From Alphaproteobacteria bacterium (GTDB taxonomy: Bacteria; Pseudomonadota; Alphaproteobacteria; GCA-2731375): DNA of 64,000 nucleotides. Shown piece by piece: positions 36,067 to 44,287 of the stretch. The stretch is from assembly GCA_965232515.1 (NCBI GenBank), contig CBDDPY010000002.1, positions 4,256,001-4,320,000 on the forward strand, in the 5' to 3' direction. Each line of letters opens with the position of its first letter. The stretch's first letter is position 1. The translations under genes were made by a program, and so were the position numbers. The notes under the pieces are model-generated. The model was not told the origin of the DNA. It saw only the letters and a list, made by a program, of their open reading frames with translations, and did not search any database.

Positions 36067-37119
36067 ATGACCGACGCCGCCACCGAGCAGACCACATCCG
36101 AAACGCGTCAGGAATTCTACGACCGCATCGACGGCGACAACCTGGCGCCGTTGTGGGAGGTGATGAAGAACCTGATCACGCCGGAGCCGAAGACGCCGGT
36201 GCGGCCGGCGGTCTGGCACTATGACGAGATCCGGCCCTACATCATCGAGTCGGGCGAGCTGATCACGGCCAAGGAGGCCGAGCGCCGGGTGCTGATCCTG
36301 GAGAACCCGGGCCTGCGCGGCCAGTCGAAGATCACGCATACGCTCTATGCCGGCCTGCAGCTGATCCTGCCAGGCGAGGTGGCGCCGGCGCACCGGCACA
36401 GTCAGAGCGCGCTCAGGTTCGTGGTCGAGGGCGAAGGCGCCTATACCGCGGTCGACGGCGAGAAGACCATAATGCGGCCGGGCGATTTCGTGATCACACC
36501 GTCCTGGACCTGGCACGACCACGGCAACGAGTCGGACCAGCCGATGGTCTGGCTCGACGGCCTGGACATTCCCATTGTCGGCATGCTGGACGCCGGTTTT
36601 GCCGAAGGCATGGCGCAGGACAGCCAGCCGTTGTCCCGGCCCGAGGGCGACGCGCTGGCGCGCTATGGCTCGGGCCTGCTGCCGGTCGGCTACGAGAACA
36701 CGGCGCCGACTTCACCGGTGTTCAACTATCCCTACGAACGCACGCGCGAAGCACTGGAGCAGATGCGCCGGGCCGAGGAATGGGACGAATGCCACGGCCT
36801 GAAGATGCGCTACGTGAATCCGGTGACCGGCGAGTTCGCCATGCCGACCATGGGCACGTTCATGCAGCTGCTGCCGAAGCACTTCAACACGGCCTCATAT
36901 CGCTCGACCGACAGCATGGTCTATTCCGTGGTCGAGGGCCGCGGCCGGACCGTTGTGGAGGGCGAGATGCTGCACTGGGGACCGCGCGACGTGTTCGTGG
37001 TGCCGAGCTGGCAGCGCCATCACCACGAGCCCGACGAGGACGCCGTGCTGTTCAGCTTCTCCGACCGGCCGGTGCAGCAGAAGCTGGGCCTCTGGCGCGA
37101 GGACCGGGGCAACCATTGA
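36067..37119 (+). CDS. gtdA: Gentisate 1,2-dioxygenase
   Basis: EAERRVLILENPG, PGEVAPAHRHSQSALRF, TPSWTWHDH, WLDGLDIP. Confidence 0.95.
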   Translation: MTDAATEQTTSETRQEFYDRIDGDNLAPLWEVMKNLITPEPKTPVRPAVWHYDEIRPYIIESGELITAKEAERRVLILENPGLRGQSKITHTLYAGLQLILPGEVAPAHRHSQSALRFVVEGEGAYTAVDGEKTIMRPGDFVITPSWTWHDHGNESDQPMVWLDGLDIPIVGMLDAGFAEGMAQDSQPLSRPEGDALARYGSGLLPVGYENTAPTSPVFNYPYERTREALEQMRRAEEWDECHGLKMRYVNPVTGEFAMPTMGTFMQLLPKHFNTASYRSTDSMVYSVVEGRGRTVVEGEMLHWGPRDVFVVPSWQRHHHEPDEDAVLFSFSDRPVQQKLGLWREDRGNH

Positions 37120-37156
37120 TGCCCTTCCCGTCTCTGCCGTTGCCGCGTTGAGGCCG

Positions 37157-37747
37157 ATGTCGGACCGCGATTCCGAGCTGGACGAGGCTGAGCTCAGCGA
37201 CTTCCCCGGCGTCGCCGCGGCCTCGCAGTTCGCCAAAATGGTGGCGAGCGTGCCGTGGTTCGCAAGCCTCGGCAACGAGCTCGACGACGACGAGATCGAC
37301 TGGGCCGACGCCTATCTCGCCAATCTCGGCTTTCCCGACGCGCATGCCGTGCTGATCGACAGTTGGGAGGACGCCGAGGCCGCAGCGCGCAATCCCGACT
37401 GGAACACCGAGTGGTGGGAAGCGGAAGAACAGATGCGCATGGCGCTGATCTCGGAAGCCTGCGCGCTGGCTGGCGAGGACCGGGTGATGGTGGCGCTGAC
37501 CAACGTCACCAACCAGGTCTCGGACGTGGCGCACGGCGCCGCGGCGGTGGCGGCCGCGCATGCCCGCATCGCCGACGAGGCGCTGATCCGCGCCGCCGCC
37601 GGCGCGGCGACGCAGGCCTGCTATCAGGCCGCGCTGGTACTTGCGGCCGAAGGCGATGAAGAGCATCCTTTCGCCCTGAAGTACCGCCTGTTCGAGAACG
37701 GCCGCTGGCCGTTGAGCGTGGTCGGCAACAGCTTCAATCTTTTCTGA
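37157..37747 (+). CDS. Hypothetical acidic helical protein
   Basis: 196 aa, host-like codon usage; HPFALKYRLFENGRWPL. Confidence 0.75.
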   Translation: MSDRDSELDEAELSDFPGVAAASQFAKMVASVPWFASLGNELDDDEIDWADAYLANLGFPDAHAVLIDSWEDAEAAARNPDWNTEWWEAEEQMRMALISEACALAGEDRVMVALTNVTNQVSDVAHGAAAVAAAHARIADEALIRAAAGAATQACYQAALVLAAEGDEEHPFALKYRLFENGRWPLSVVGNSFNLF

Positions 37748-37769
37748 CTATCCAGCATCAGGGGCAGAA

Positions 37770-38456
37770 ATGAGTTACGTCATTCCCGAACCGCCGCGCG
37801 CGACGGTGCCGGTCGCCGGCAGCGCCCATACCTTTCCGGTGCGCCGGATCTATTGCGTCGGCCGCAACTACGCGGCGCACGCGCGCGAGATGGGCTTCGA
37901 CCCGGACCGCGAGCCGCCGTTCTTCTTCACCAAGCCGGCCGACGCCATCGTGCCCGACGGCTCGGTGCTGGACTATCCGATGGCGACCGAGAACCTGCAC
38001 CACGAGATCGAGCTGGTCGTCGCCATCGGCACCGGCGGCAGCAACATCGCCGAGGACATGGCGCTGGAGCATGTCTACGGCTACGCCGTCGGCCTCGATA
38101 TGACCCGCCGCGACCAGCAGATCGCCGCGCGTGAGAAGGGCCGGCCCTGGTGTGTCGGCAAGGCCTTCGACCATTCGGCGCCGATCAGCGAGATCCGGCC
38201 GGCGGCCGAGATCGGCCATCCGAGCAACGCCCGCATCTGGCTGGACGTGAACGGCGAGACGCGCCAGGACAGCAACCTGACGCACCTGATCTGGAACATT
38301 CCCGAGACCATCGCATACCTGTCGGGCCTGTTCCAATTGGAGCCGGGCGACCTGATCTATTCGGGCACGCCCGAAGGCGTCGGCGCGGTCGGTGCCGGCG
38401 ACAAGCTCTCGGGCGGCGTCGACGGCGTCGGCACGCTCGACGTCAGCTATCGCTAG
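37770..38456 (+). CDS. Fumarylacetoacetate hydrolase family protein (fumarylpyruvate hydrolase-like)
   Basis: RRIYCVGRNYAAHAREMG, HHEIELVV, DMTRRD, GTPEGVG. Confidence 0.92.
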   Translation: MSYVIPEPPRATVPVAGSAHTFPVRRIYCVGRNYAAHAREMGFDPDREPPFFFTKPADAIVPDGSVLDYPMATENLHHEIELVVAIGTGGSNIAEDMALEHVYGYAVGLDMTRRDQQIAAREKGRPWCVGKAFDHSAPISEIRPAAEIGHPSNARIWLDVNGETRQDSNLTHLIWNIPETIAYLSGLFQLEPGDLIYSGTPEGVGAVGAGDKLSGGVDGVGTLDVSYR

Positions 38457-38474
38457 CCGGGACGACAGACGGTC

Positions 38475-39275
38475 ATGCGCCTGAAGATCGCCACCTGGAA
38501 CATCAACTCGGTCCGTTCGCACATGGACACGGTGCGGCAGTTCGATGCCGAACACGCGCCCGACATCCTCTGCCTGCAGGAGACCAAGGTCGCCGACGAG
38601 CTGTTCCCGCTCGAGGCCTTCGAGGCCATGGGCTACAAGCACCACGCCATCAAGGGCCAGAAGGCCTATCACGGCGTCGCCACCTTCTCGCGCGAGCTGC
38701 CGCTCGAAAAAATCACGCGGCTCGACTGGTGCGGCAAGGAGGACGCGCGGCATGTCGCCTGCACCATCGCCGGCGACATCGTGTTGCACAATTTCTATGT
38801 GCCGGCCGGCGGCGACGTGCCGGACCCGGAGAAGAACGACAAGTTCGACCACAAGCTGACCTTCATGACCGAGGCGGCGGATTGGTTCCGCAAGCGCAAG
38901 CGGCGCAACAACCGTTTCCTACTGGTCGGGGATCTCAATGTCGCGCCGCTGGAGACCGACGTCTGGAGCCACAAGCAGCTTCTGCGCGTGGTCAGCCACA
39001 CGCCGGTCGAGGTCGAGCATATGGATCGCTGGTACGCGAGCCACGACTGGGTCGACGTGGTGCGCCGCTACATCCCGCCGGAGGAGAAGGTCTATTCCTG
39101 GTGGAGCTACCGCTCGCCGAACTGGGAAAAGGCCGACAAGGGCCGGCGGCTGGATCATATCTGGGCGACGCCGGCGCTGGCCGACAACCTGCGTCACGCC
39201 GAGGTGGTGAAGGCCGCACGCGGCTGGACGCCGGCGAGCGACCATGCGCCGGTGATCGCCGAGCTGGAGCTTTAG
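38475..39275 (+). CDS. xth: Exodeoxyribonuclease III
   Basis: ATWNINSVR, LQETK, GDLNVAP, RRLDHIW, SDHAPV. Confidence 0.95.
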   Translation: MRLKIATWNINSVRSHMDTVRQFDAEHAPDILCLQETKVADELFPLEAFEAMGYKHHAIKGQKAYHGVATFSRELPLEKITRLDWCGKEDARHVACTIAGDIVLHNFYVPAGGDVPDPEKNDKFDHKLTFMTEAADWFRKRKRRNNRFLLVGDLNVAPLETDVWSHKQLLRVVSHTPVEVEHMDRWYASHDWVDVVRRYIPPEEKVYSWWSYRSPNWEKADKGRRLDHIWATPALADNLRHAEVVKAARGWTPASDHAPVIAELEL

Positions 39276-39276
39276 C

Positions 39277-40710
39277 TTGGTCGCTCGCGACCTGACGCCG
39301 TTCTTCTATCCCAAGAGCGTCGCGGTCGTCGGCGCCGGCGAACGGCCGGGCAGCTCCGGCGGCGCGGTCTGCCAGAACCTCGATATCAGCGGCTATGCCG
39401 GCGCTGTGGTGCCGGTGAACCCGAAGGGCGGCACGATCTTCGGCAACGAAGCGCGGACCAGCCTGCGCGAGTTGGAGCAACCCGCCGACCTGGCGGTGAT
39501 CGTGATCCGGCCGGATTTGATTCCAGGCGCCGTGCGCGAGGCGGCCGAGACCGGGCACAGGAACCTGCTGATCCTGCCGGGTGGATTCGCCGAGGCCGGG
39601 GCCGAGGGCGAGGCCCGCGACGCCGAGGTCCGGGCGGTCGCCGCCGAGGCCGGCGTCACCATCGCCGGGCCCAACTGCGCCGGCATCATCCACCTGACCG
39701 ACGAGAGCCGGTTCGGCGCCACGTTCCTGCGCGACATGCCGCCCGGCGGCGGCATCGCCTTCATCTCGCAGTCCGGCGCGCTGGCGGAGGAAGCCATCGC
39801 CGCGGCCAACGACCGCGCCCTCGCGCTCGGTACCGTGGTCTCGGTCGGCAACGCCATGCATCTCGGCGTCGAGGACTATCTGGAGTTCCTGGGCGAGCAG
39901 GACCGCTGCACCTGCGTTTTGCTCTATGTCGAATCCATCGAGGACCCGGCCCGGTTCCGCGACATCGCCCGCCGCGTCGCGGCGAAAAAGCCGGTGGTGA
40001 TGTTCATGGCGGGCGGCACCGGGCCCGGCGGGCCGGCCGCCCGCGCGCACACCGGCGCGGTGATCAACGACGCCGAGACCATTGCGGCCTTCGCCGCCGA
40101 CTGCTGCGCCGTGCAGGCGACGTCGCTGCGCCGGCTGCTGCTGGCAGCGAAAGCCTTCGGCGCGCATCCGCAAGGCATCGGCAAGCGGGCGCTGATCCTG
40201 TCGAACTCGGGCGGACCGGGGGTGATCTGCACCGACCGGGCGGCGCGCGAGGGCCTGGACCTGCCGCCACTGCCGCCGGCGATGGCGCAAGCCATGCACG
40301 CCGAGCTACCGCCGGAGGCGTCGGTGGCCAACCCCATCGATCTGCTGGCGGACGCGCGCGAGGACCGTTTCGGCCTGACGCTCGACCTCGCCATCAAGCA
40401 TGGGCCGAGCACGTTCGATGCCATCCTGATGATCCACGTGGTGCCGTTCATGGTCGACGCCGGCCCGGTGATCGAGCGCCTCGCCGCCGATGTCGGCAAA
40501 TCGCCGCTGGCGGTGTTCCATTCGATGATGGGCACGCTGCCGGGCAAGGCCGAATGGTTCGCGGCCATGGAAGCCGCCGGCGTGCCCATGTTCAACGACG
40601 TCGAGGAAATGGCCGAGGCCGCCGGCATGCTGGCGCAATACCCCGACCTGAAAGCGCGCGCCGCCGCGCCCCCGGAAGGCGTTCTCGGCTTGAAAGGCCG
40701 CGGCGGCTGA
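39277..40710 (+). CDS. Acyl-CoA synthetase (NDP-forming) alpha-type / CoA-binding protein
   Basis: PKSVAVVGA, GPNCAG, SQSGAL, AHTGA, SNSGGPG, NPIDL. Confidence 0.88.
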   Translation: MVARDLTPFFYPKSVAVVGAGERPGSSGGAVCQNLDISGYAGAVVPVNPKGGTIFGNEARTSLRELEQPADLAVIVIRPDLIPGAVREAAETGHRNLLILPGGFAEAGAEGEARDAEVRAVAAEAGVTIAGPNCAGIIHLTDESRFGATFLRDMPPGGGIAFISQSGALAEEAIAAANDRALALGTVVSVGNAMHLGVEDYLEFLGEQDRCTCVLLYVESIEDPARFRDIARRVAAKKPVVMFMAGGTGPGGPAARAHTGAVINDAETIAAFAADCCAVQATSLRRLLLAAKAFGAHPQGIGKRALILSNSGGPGVICTDRAAREGLDLPPLPPAMAQAMHAELPPEASVANPIDLLADAREDRFGLTLDLAIKHGPSTFDAILMIHVVPFMVDAGPVIERLAADVGKSPLAVFHSMMGTLPGKAEWFAAMEAAGVPMFNDVEEMAEAAGMLAQYPDLKARAAAPPEGVLGLKGRGG

Positions 40711-40720
40711 TACGCATTGG

Positions 40721-40841
40721 CCGATGGCCGCGCTTCGAGACGCGCCGTTGGCGCTCCTCAGCGTGAGGCTGGAGCTCGATATCAGTTCCTTGCCTTACGC
40801 TGAGGAGGTCCCGAAGGGACCGTCTCGAAGCGCGCCATCGG
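40721..40841. repeat. Palindromic intergenic repeat (CTTCGAGACG...CTCAG family)
   Basis: CGCTTCGAGACG...CTCCTCAGCGTGAGG / CCTTACGCTGAGGAG...CGTCTCGAAGCG between convergent genes. Confidence 0.85.
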
Positions 40842-40842
40842 G

Positions 40843-42084
40843 TCAGCCCTTCACGCAGACCACCTGCTTCAGCGTGTGGACCACGTCGACCAGGTCGGTC
40901 TGGGCGGCCATGACGGCGTCGATGTCCTTGTAGGCCATCGGCGTCTCGTCGATGACACCCGTGTCCTTGCGGCATTCGACGCCCTCGGTGGCGGCGATGT
41001 GGTCCGCCTCCGTGAAGCGCCGCTTGGCCTCGGCCCGCGACATGGCGCGGCCGGCCCCGTGCGAGCACGACAGGAAGGCATCCGCGTTGCCCTTGCCGCG
41101 CACGATGTAGGACCGCACCCCCATGCTGCCCGGAATGATGCCGAGCTCGCCGTCGCCGGCGCGCACGGCCCCCTTGCGGGTGACCCAGACCCGGGCGCCG
41201 AAATGTTCCTCGCGGGCGACGTAGTTGTGGTGACAGTTGACCGCCACCTCGCCCACGCGGAAGTCCGTGAACGTCTCGGCCATGACCTCGAGGATCCGGG
41301 CCATCATGCATTCGCGGTTCGCCCGCGCGAAGGCCTGGGCCCAGCCGACCGCCTTGACGTAGTCGTTGAAGCCCTCGGTGCCCTCCGGCAGGTAGGCGAG
41401 ATCGGCGTCCGGCAGCCGGATGAACCAGCGCTCCATCTCGCGCTTGGCGCGCTCGATGAAATAGCTGCCGATGCGGTTGCCGATGCCGCGCGAGCCCGAG
41501 TGCAGCATCACCCACACCCGATCCGCTTGGTCGAGGCAGACCTCGACGAAGTGGTTGCCGGTGCCGAGCGTGCCCAGGTGATGCACGCTGTTGGCCTTGG
41601 CGAGCTTCGGGTGCTTCTCGGTTAGCGCCTTGAGCCCGGTCTCGAGCGTACCGTCGCGGTAAGGCGTGTCGCGCCATGCCGAGGCCACAACATCCGGCAC
41701 ATCGGTCCAGGCGCCGGCGTCGCGGCGGCGGTCACCCTTGCCGGTACGGCCATGCGGCACCGCGGCCTCGATGCCCGCGCGCAGGTCCGACAGGCTGTCG
41801 GGCAGGGCCTGCGAGGTCAGGCTGGTCTGCACCGCCATCATGCCGCAGCCGATGTCGACGCCGACCGCGGCCGGGATGATCGCGGCCTTGAGCGGGATCA
41901 CGCTACCGACGGTGGCGCCCATGCCCCAGTGCACGTCCGGCATCGCGGCGACATGCTTGTGCACGAACGGCAGGCTGGCAACGTTGCGGAGCTGCTTCAG
42001 CGCCGCATCTTCCACCGGCACGCCCTTGGTCCAGGCCTTGATCGGCGCGCCGCCTTCGGTCTCGATGTACTCGTACCCACTCAT
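40843..42084 (-). CDS. rtcB: RNA ligase RtcB
   Basis: MPDVH, DIGCGM, GNHFVE, HSGSRG, HHNY, RKGA, PGSMG, SHGAGR, DETPMAYK. Confidence 0.97.
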   Translation of the reverse strand: MSGYEYIETEGGAPIKAWTKGVPVEDAALKQLRNVASLPFVHKHVAAMPDVHWGMGATVGSVIPLKAAIIPAAVGVDIGCGMMAVQTSLTSQALPDSLSDLRAGIEAAVPHGRTGKGDRRRDAGAWTDVPDVVASAWRDTPYRDGTLETGLKALTEKHPKLAKANSVHHLGTLGTGNHFVEVCLDQADRVWVMLHSGSRGIGNRIGSYFIERAKREMERWFIRLPDADLAYLPEGTEGFNDYVKAVGWAQAFARANRECMMARILEVMAETFTDFRVGEVAVNCHHNYVAREEHFGARVWVTRKGAVRAGDGELGIIPGSMGVRSYIVRGKGNADAFLSCSHGAGRAMSRAEAKRRFTEADHIAATEGVECRKDTGVIDETPMAYKDIDAVMAAQTDLVDVVHTLKQVVCVKG

Positions 42085-42138
42085 TGTTCCTCTCCTCAGA
42101 TGCGGGTCCCAAGATTGCGCCGCCCATGTCGGGTCATC

Positions 42139-42172
42139 AAAAAACCCCTCCGGAGCGGGTCTCGGGAGGGGT
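42139..42172 (-). terminator. Intrinsic terminator in the rtcB leader (attenuator)
   Basis: Minus strand ACCCCTCC-cgagacccgctcc-GGAGGGGT followed by a T run, 54 nt upstream of the rtcB ATG. Confidence 0.85.
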
Positions 42173-42204
42173 CGCGGTGTGCTTGGCTGTGTTGCCTTGT
42201 CGGC

Positions 42205-42318
42205 TTAAGCGATGCGCACGCCCTCCTGGTCCGTGGCGGACAGTGTCCGCCCGGAATTCTTGCTGTTGGCGGCCGGGTAAGCCGCGACCGCTATCGTTGA
42301 GGTTTCTGAACTACGCAT
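42205..42318 (-). CDS. Putative rtcB leader peptide (37 aa)
   Basis: MRSSETSTIAVAAYPAANSKNSGRTLSATDQEGVRIA*, ending 32 nt before the terminator; its last codons are complementary to the terminator 5' arm. Confidence 0.6.
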   Translation of the reverse strand: MRSSETSTIAVAAYPAANSKNSGRTLSATDQEGVRIA

Positions 42319-42433
42319 CGTTCCGCTCGCTTCGTGCCCGAGGCCGTTGCCTCGAAGCGGCTCTCGGAGGTCGAGGGTGATACAGCCTTCGGTCGCGCCG
42401 GTCAAGGTTTATGCCCGCAAAGCCGCTGTTCCG

Positions 42434-42502
42434 CGTCATGCTGGCGAAGGCCAGCATCCACGGCAGACTCGGAAATGGATCCTGGCCTGCGCCAGCATGA
42501 CG
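42434..42502. repeat. REP-like palindromic doublet (GTCAT...ATCCA family)
   Basis: CGTCATGCTGGCGAAGGCCAGCATCCA ... TGGATCCTGGCCTGCGCCAGCATGACG. Confidence 0.8.
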
Positions 42503-42521
42503 GCAGACGTGGAAGCTGCCG

Positions 42522-43481
42522 CTACTCGAAACTGAAGCCCATGGTGCGGCAGTGGTAGTAGAGGCCGCCGTCCTGGACGATGAGGCAGAGCATGCGCTCG
42601 GCGCCATCGTTGTGGTGCGAGTGCATTTCGGCCGGCGGCGTCACCATGACGGCGTTCTCGGCCCAGTCGATGCGCTGGCCGTCGATCACCGAATAGCAGT
42701 CGCGGCCCTGCACCGAGAGGGTGACGGCCACTGAGTTATGCCGGTGCGGCGTCTGCGCGTCGCCGGACGGCAGCGAGTTCATGGCGAGCGTCAACGTCGG
42801 CGTGATGTTGCGGACATCGGCCAACTTGTCGCTCGAAAAAATCAGCGCGTAGCCCGGCCGCGGCACGACATGCTCGAGCTCGGCATAGACGCGGTCGAAC
42901 TGCTGCGCGATCTCGGCCGCGGGATAGTGCACGGCCTGGACCAGCGCCTCGTCGGCCTTGGGCGGCTGAAAACGCTCGAAGGCGAGCTCGGGCTCGTTGG
43001 TGATCAGCCAGAGAATGCTGTCGGTATCGCCCGCGGTATGCACGCTTTCGTGTCCGCCCGGCAGTGAGAAGACGTCGCCTTCCGCCCAGTCGATGCGCTC
43101 AGCCCCATTCTCGGTATGGCCGGCGCCGGCGCAAACGTAATAGAGCTCGCCGCTAGCGATCAGGTTCGTCGACAGCGTCTCGCCCGCGCGGATGCGGACG
43201 TAGCGCGTCAGGATCAGCGGCGTCGTCGCCGGCGCGTCGAGGCCCATGGCGGCGCTGAGGTCGAGATCGATCAGGCCGGTCGGCGTATCGGCGGCGAAGG
43301 CCCGATCGCGCTCGGCCAGGAACTGGTGCTTCGGCACCGGCGGCTTCTTGATGTTGAAGGCGTTGCCGGAATGGAAGAACCGCGCCCGCCGCTGCTGCGG
43401 CGTCGCCGCGCCGTCGGCCGGCACGCCGTCGAAGCTATCCGTCCCGGTCTCGACCGCCGCCGTTTTCGCGCTCGCCATCAC
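42522..43481 (-). CDS. Bicupin protein (gentisate dioxygenase-like superfamily)
   Basis: PHRHNSVAVTL...TPPAEMHSHHN metal-binding cupin in the C-terminal half. Confidence 0.75.
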   Translation of the reverse strand: MMASAKTAAVETGTDSFDGVPADGAATPQQRRARFFHSGNAFNIKKPPVPKHQFLAERDRAFAADTPTGLIDLDLSAAMGLDAPATTPLILTRYVRIRAGETLSTNLIASGELYYVCAGAGHTENGAERIDWAEGDVFSLPGGHESVHTAGDTDSILWLITNEPELAFERFQPPKADEALVQAVHYPAAEIAQQFDRVYAELEHVVPRPGYALIFSSDKLADVRNITPTLTLAMNSLPSGDAQTPHRHNSVAVTLSVQGRDCYSVIDGQRIDWAENAVMVTPPAEMHSHHNDGAERMLCLIVQDGGLYYHCRTMGFSFE

Positions 43482-43530
43482 GTCCTCCCCACGCCGTTGC
43501 CTGCGACGATCTTACACGAAAACCAAGTCG

Positions 43531-43638
43531 GCCGGCTTCGAGACGCCGGCTACGCCGGCTCCTCAGCCTGAGGTGGAGGAGATTGAAAACGAGAATGCCT
43601 CAGCCTGAGGAGGCCCGAAGGGCCGTCTCGAAGGCGGC
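43531..43638. repeat. Palindromic intergenic repeat (CTTCGAGACG...CTCAG family), second copy
   Basis: CTTCGAGACG...CTCCTCAGCCTGAGG / CCTCAGCCTGAGGAG...CGTCTCGAAG. Confidence 0.85.
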
Positions 43639-43641
43639 AGG

Positions 43642-44049
43642 TCAGGACTTGGGCGGCAGGACGAGTTGGGTTTGCGTGACGAGCGCGGCGAGCTTGCCGG
43701 CTTCGGTGGTGATGCGGGTCTGCCAGACCATGGTGGTGCGGCCGCGATGCACGGGCGTGGTCTCGGCCGTGAGCGTGGTGCCGACGGGCGCGGCGGCCAC
43801 AAAGTTGGTCTTGCTTTCGATGGTCGTGGTGCCGGCGCCCTGGGGCAGGTTCAGGAACGTGGCGACGCCGCCGAGCGTATCGGCGAACGCCATCAGCGCG
43901 CCGCCATGCGCGACGGCCGGACGAGTGCAGAGATCGTCGCGGACCGGCAGTTCGGCAACGATGCGCTCGGGCGTCGCTTCCGTCAGACGAATACCCATCA
44001 GCTTGCCGAACGGCAGCATGTTCTCGTTGAGCATGTCGAGCTGGTCCAT
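43642..44049 (-). CDS. PaaI family thioesterase
   Basis: HGGALMAFADTLGG, TTTIESKTNF, HRGRTTMVW. Confidence 0.9.
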   Translation of the reverse strand: MDQLDMLNENMLPFGKLMGIRLTEATPERIVAELPVRDDLCTRPAVAHGGALMAFADTLGGVATFLNLPQGAGTTTIESKTNFVAAAPVGTTLTAETTPVHRGRTTMVWQTRITTEAGKLAALVTQTQLVLPPKS

Positions 44050-44287
44050 GTCATGTCCTCCGATCCGACGCGTTGGCTTCGCGCCATACTGACAGCGAGC
44101 ATCGTCGGTTCAATTACGTCCGAGGTAGGCGCGGACGGCAAGACAGCATTCACGGCAACTTGCGATGGGCGCCGGACTGCGCGAGCATTGATCCCGGCGA
44201 AATCGCCAGCTCGGCGAATCCCTTAGAGAACCGAATGACAAATGGCCGACGCACCGATGGCCGAAATGGAAGGGAGGTCCAGACATT

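Noticed and set aside
44050-44287. Riboswitch or sigma54 promoter upstream of dctP
   Set aside because: No recognisable aptamer consensus, and GG/GC spacing does not fit -24/-12.
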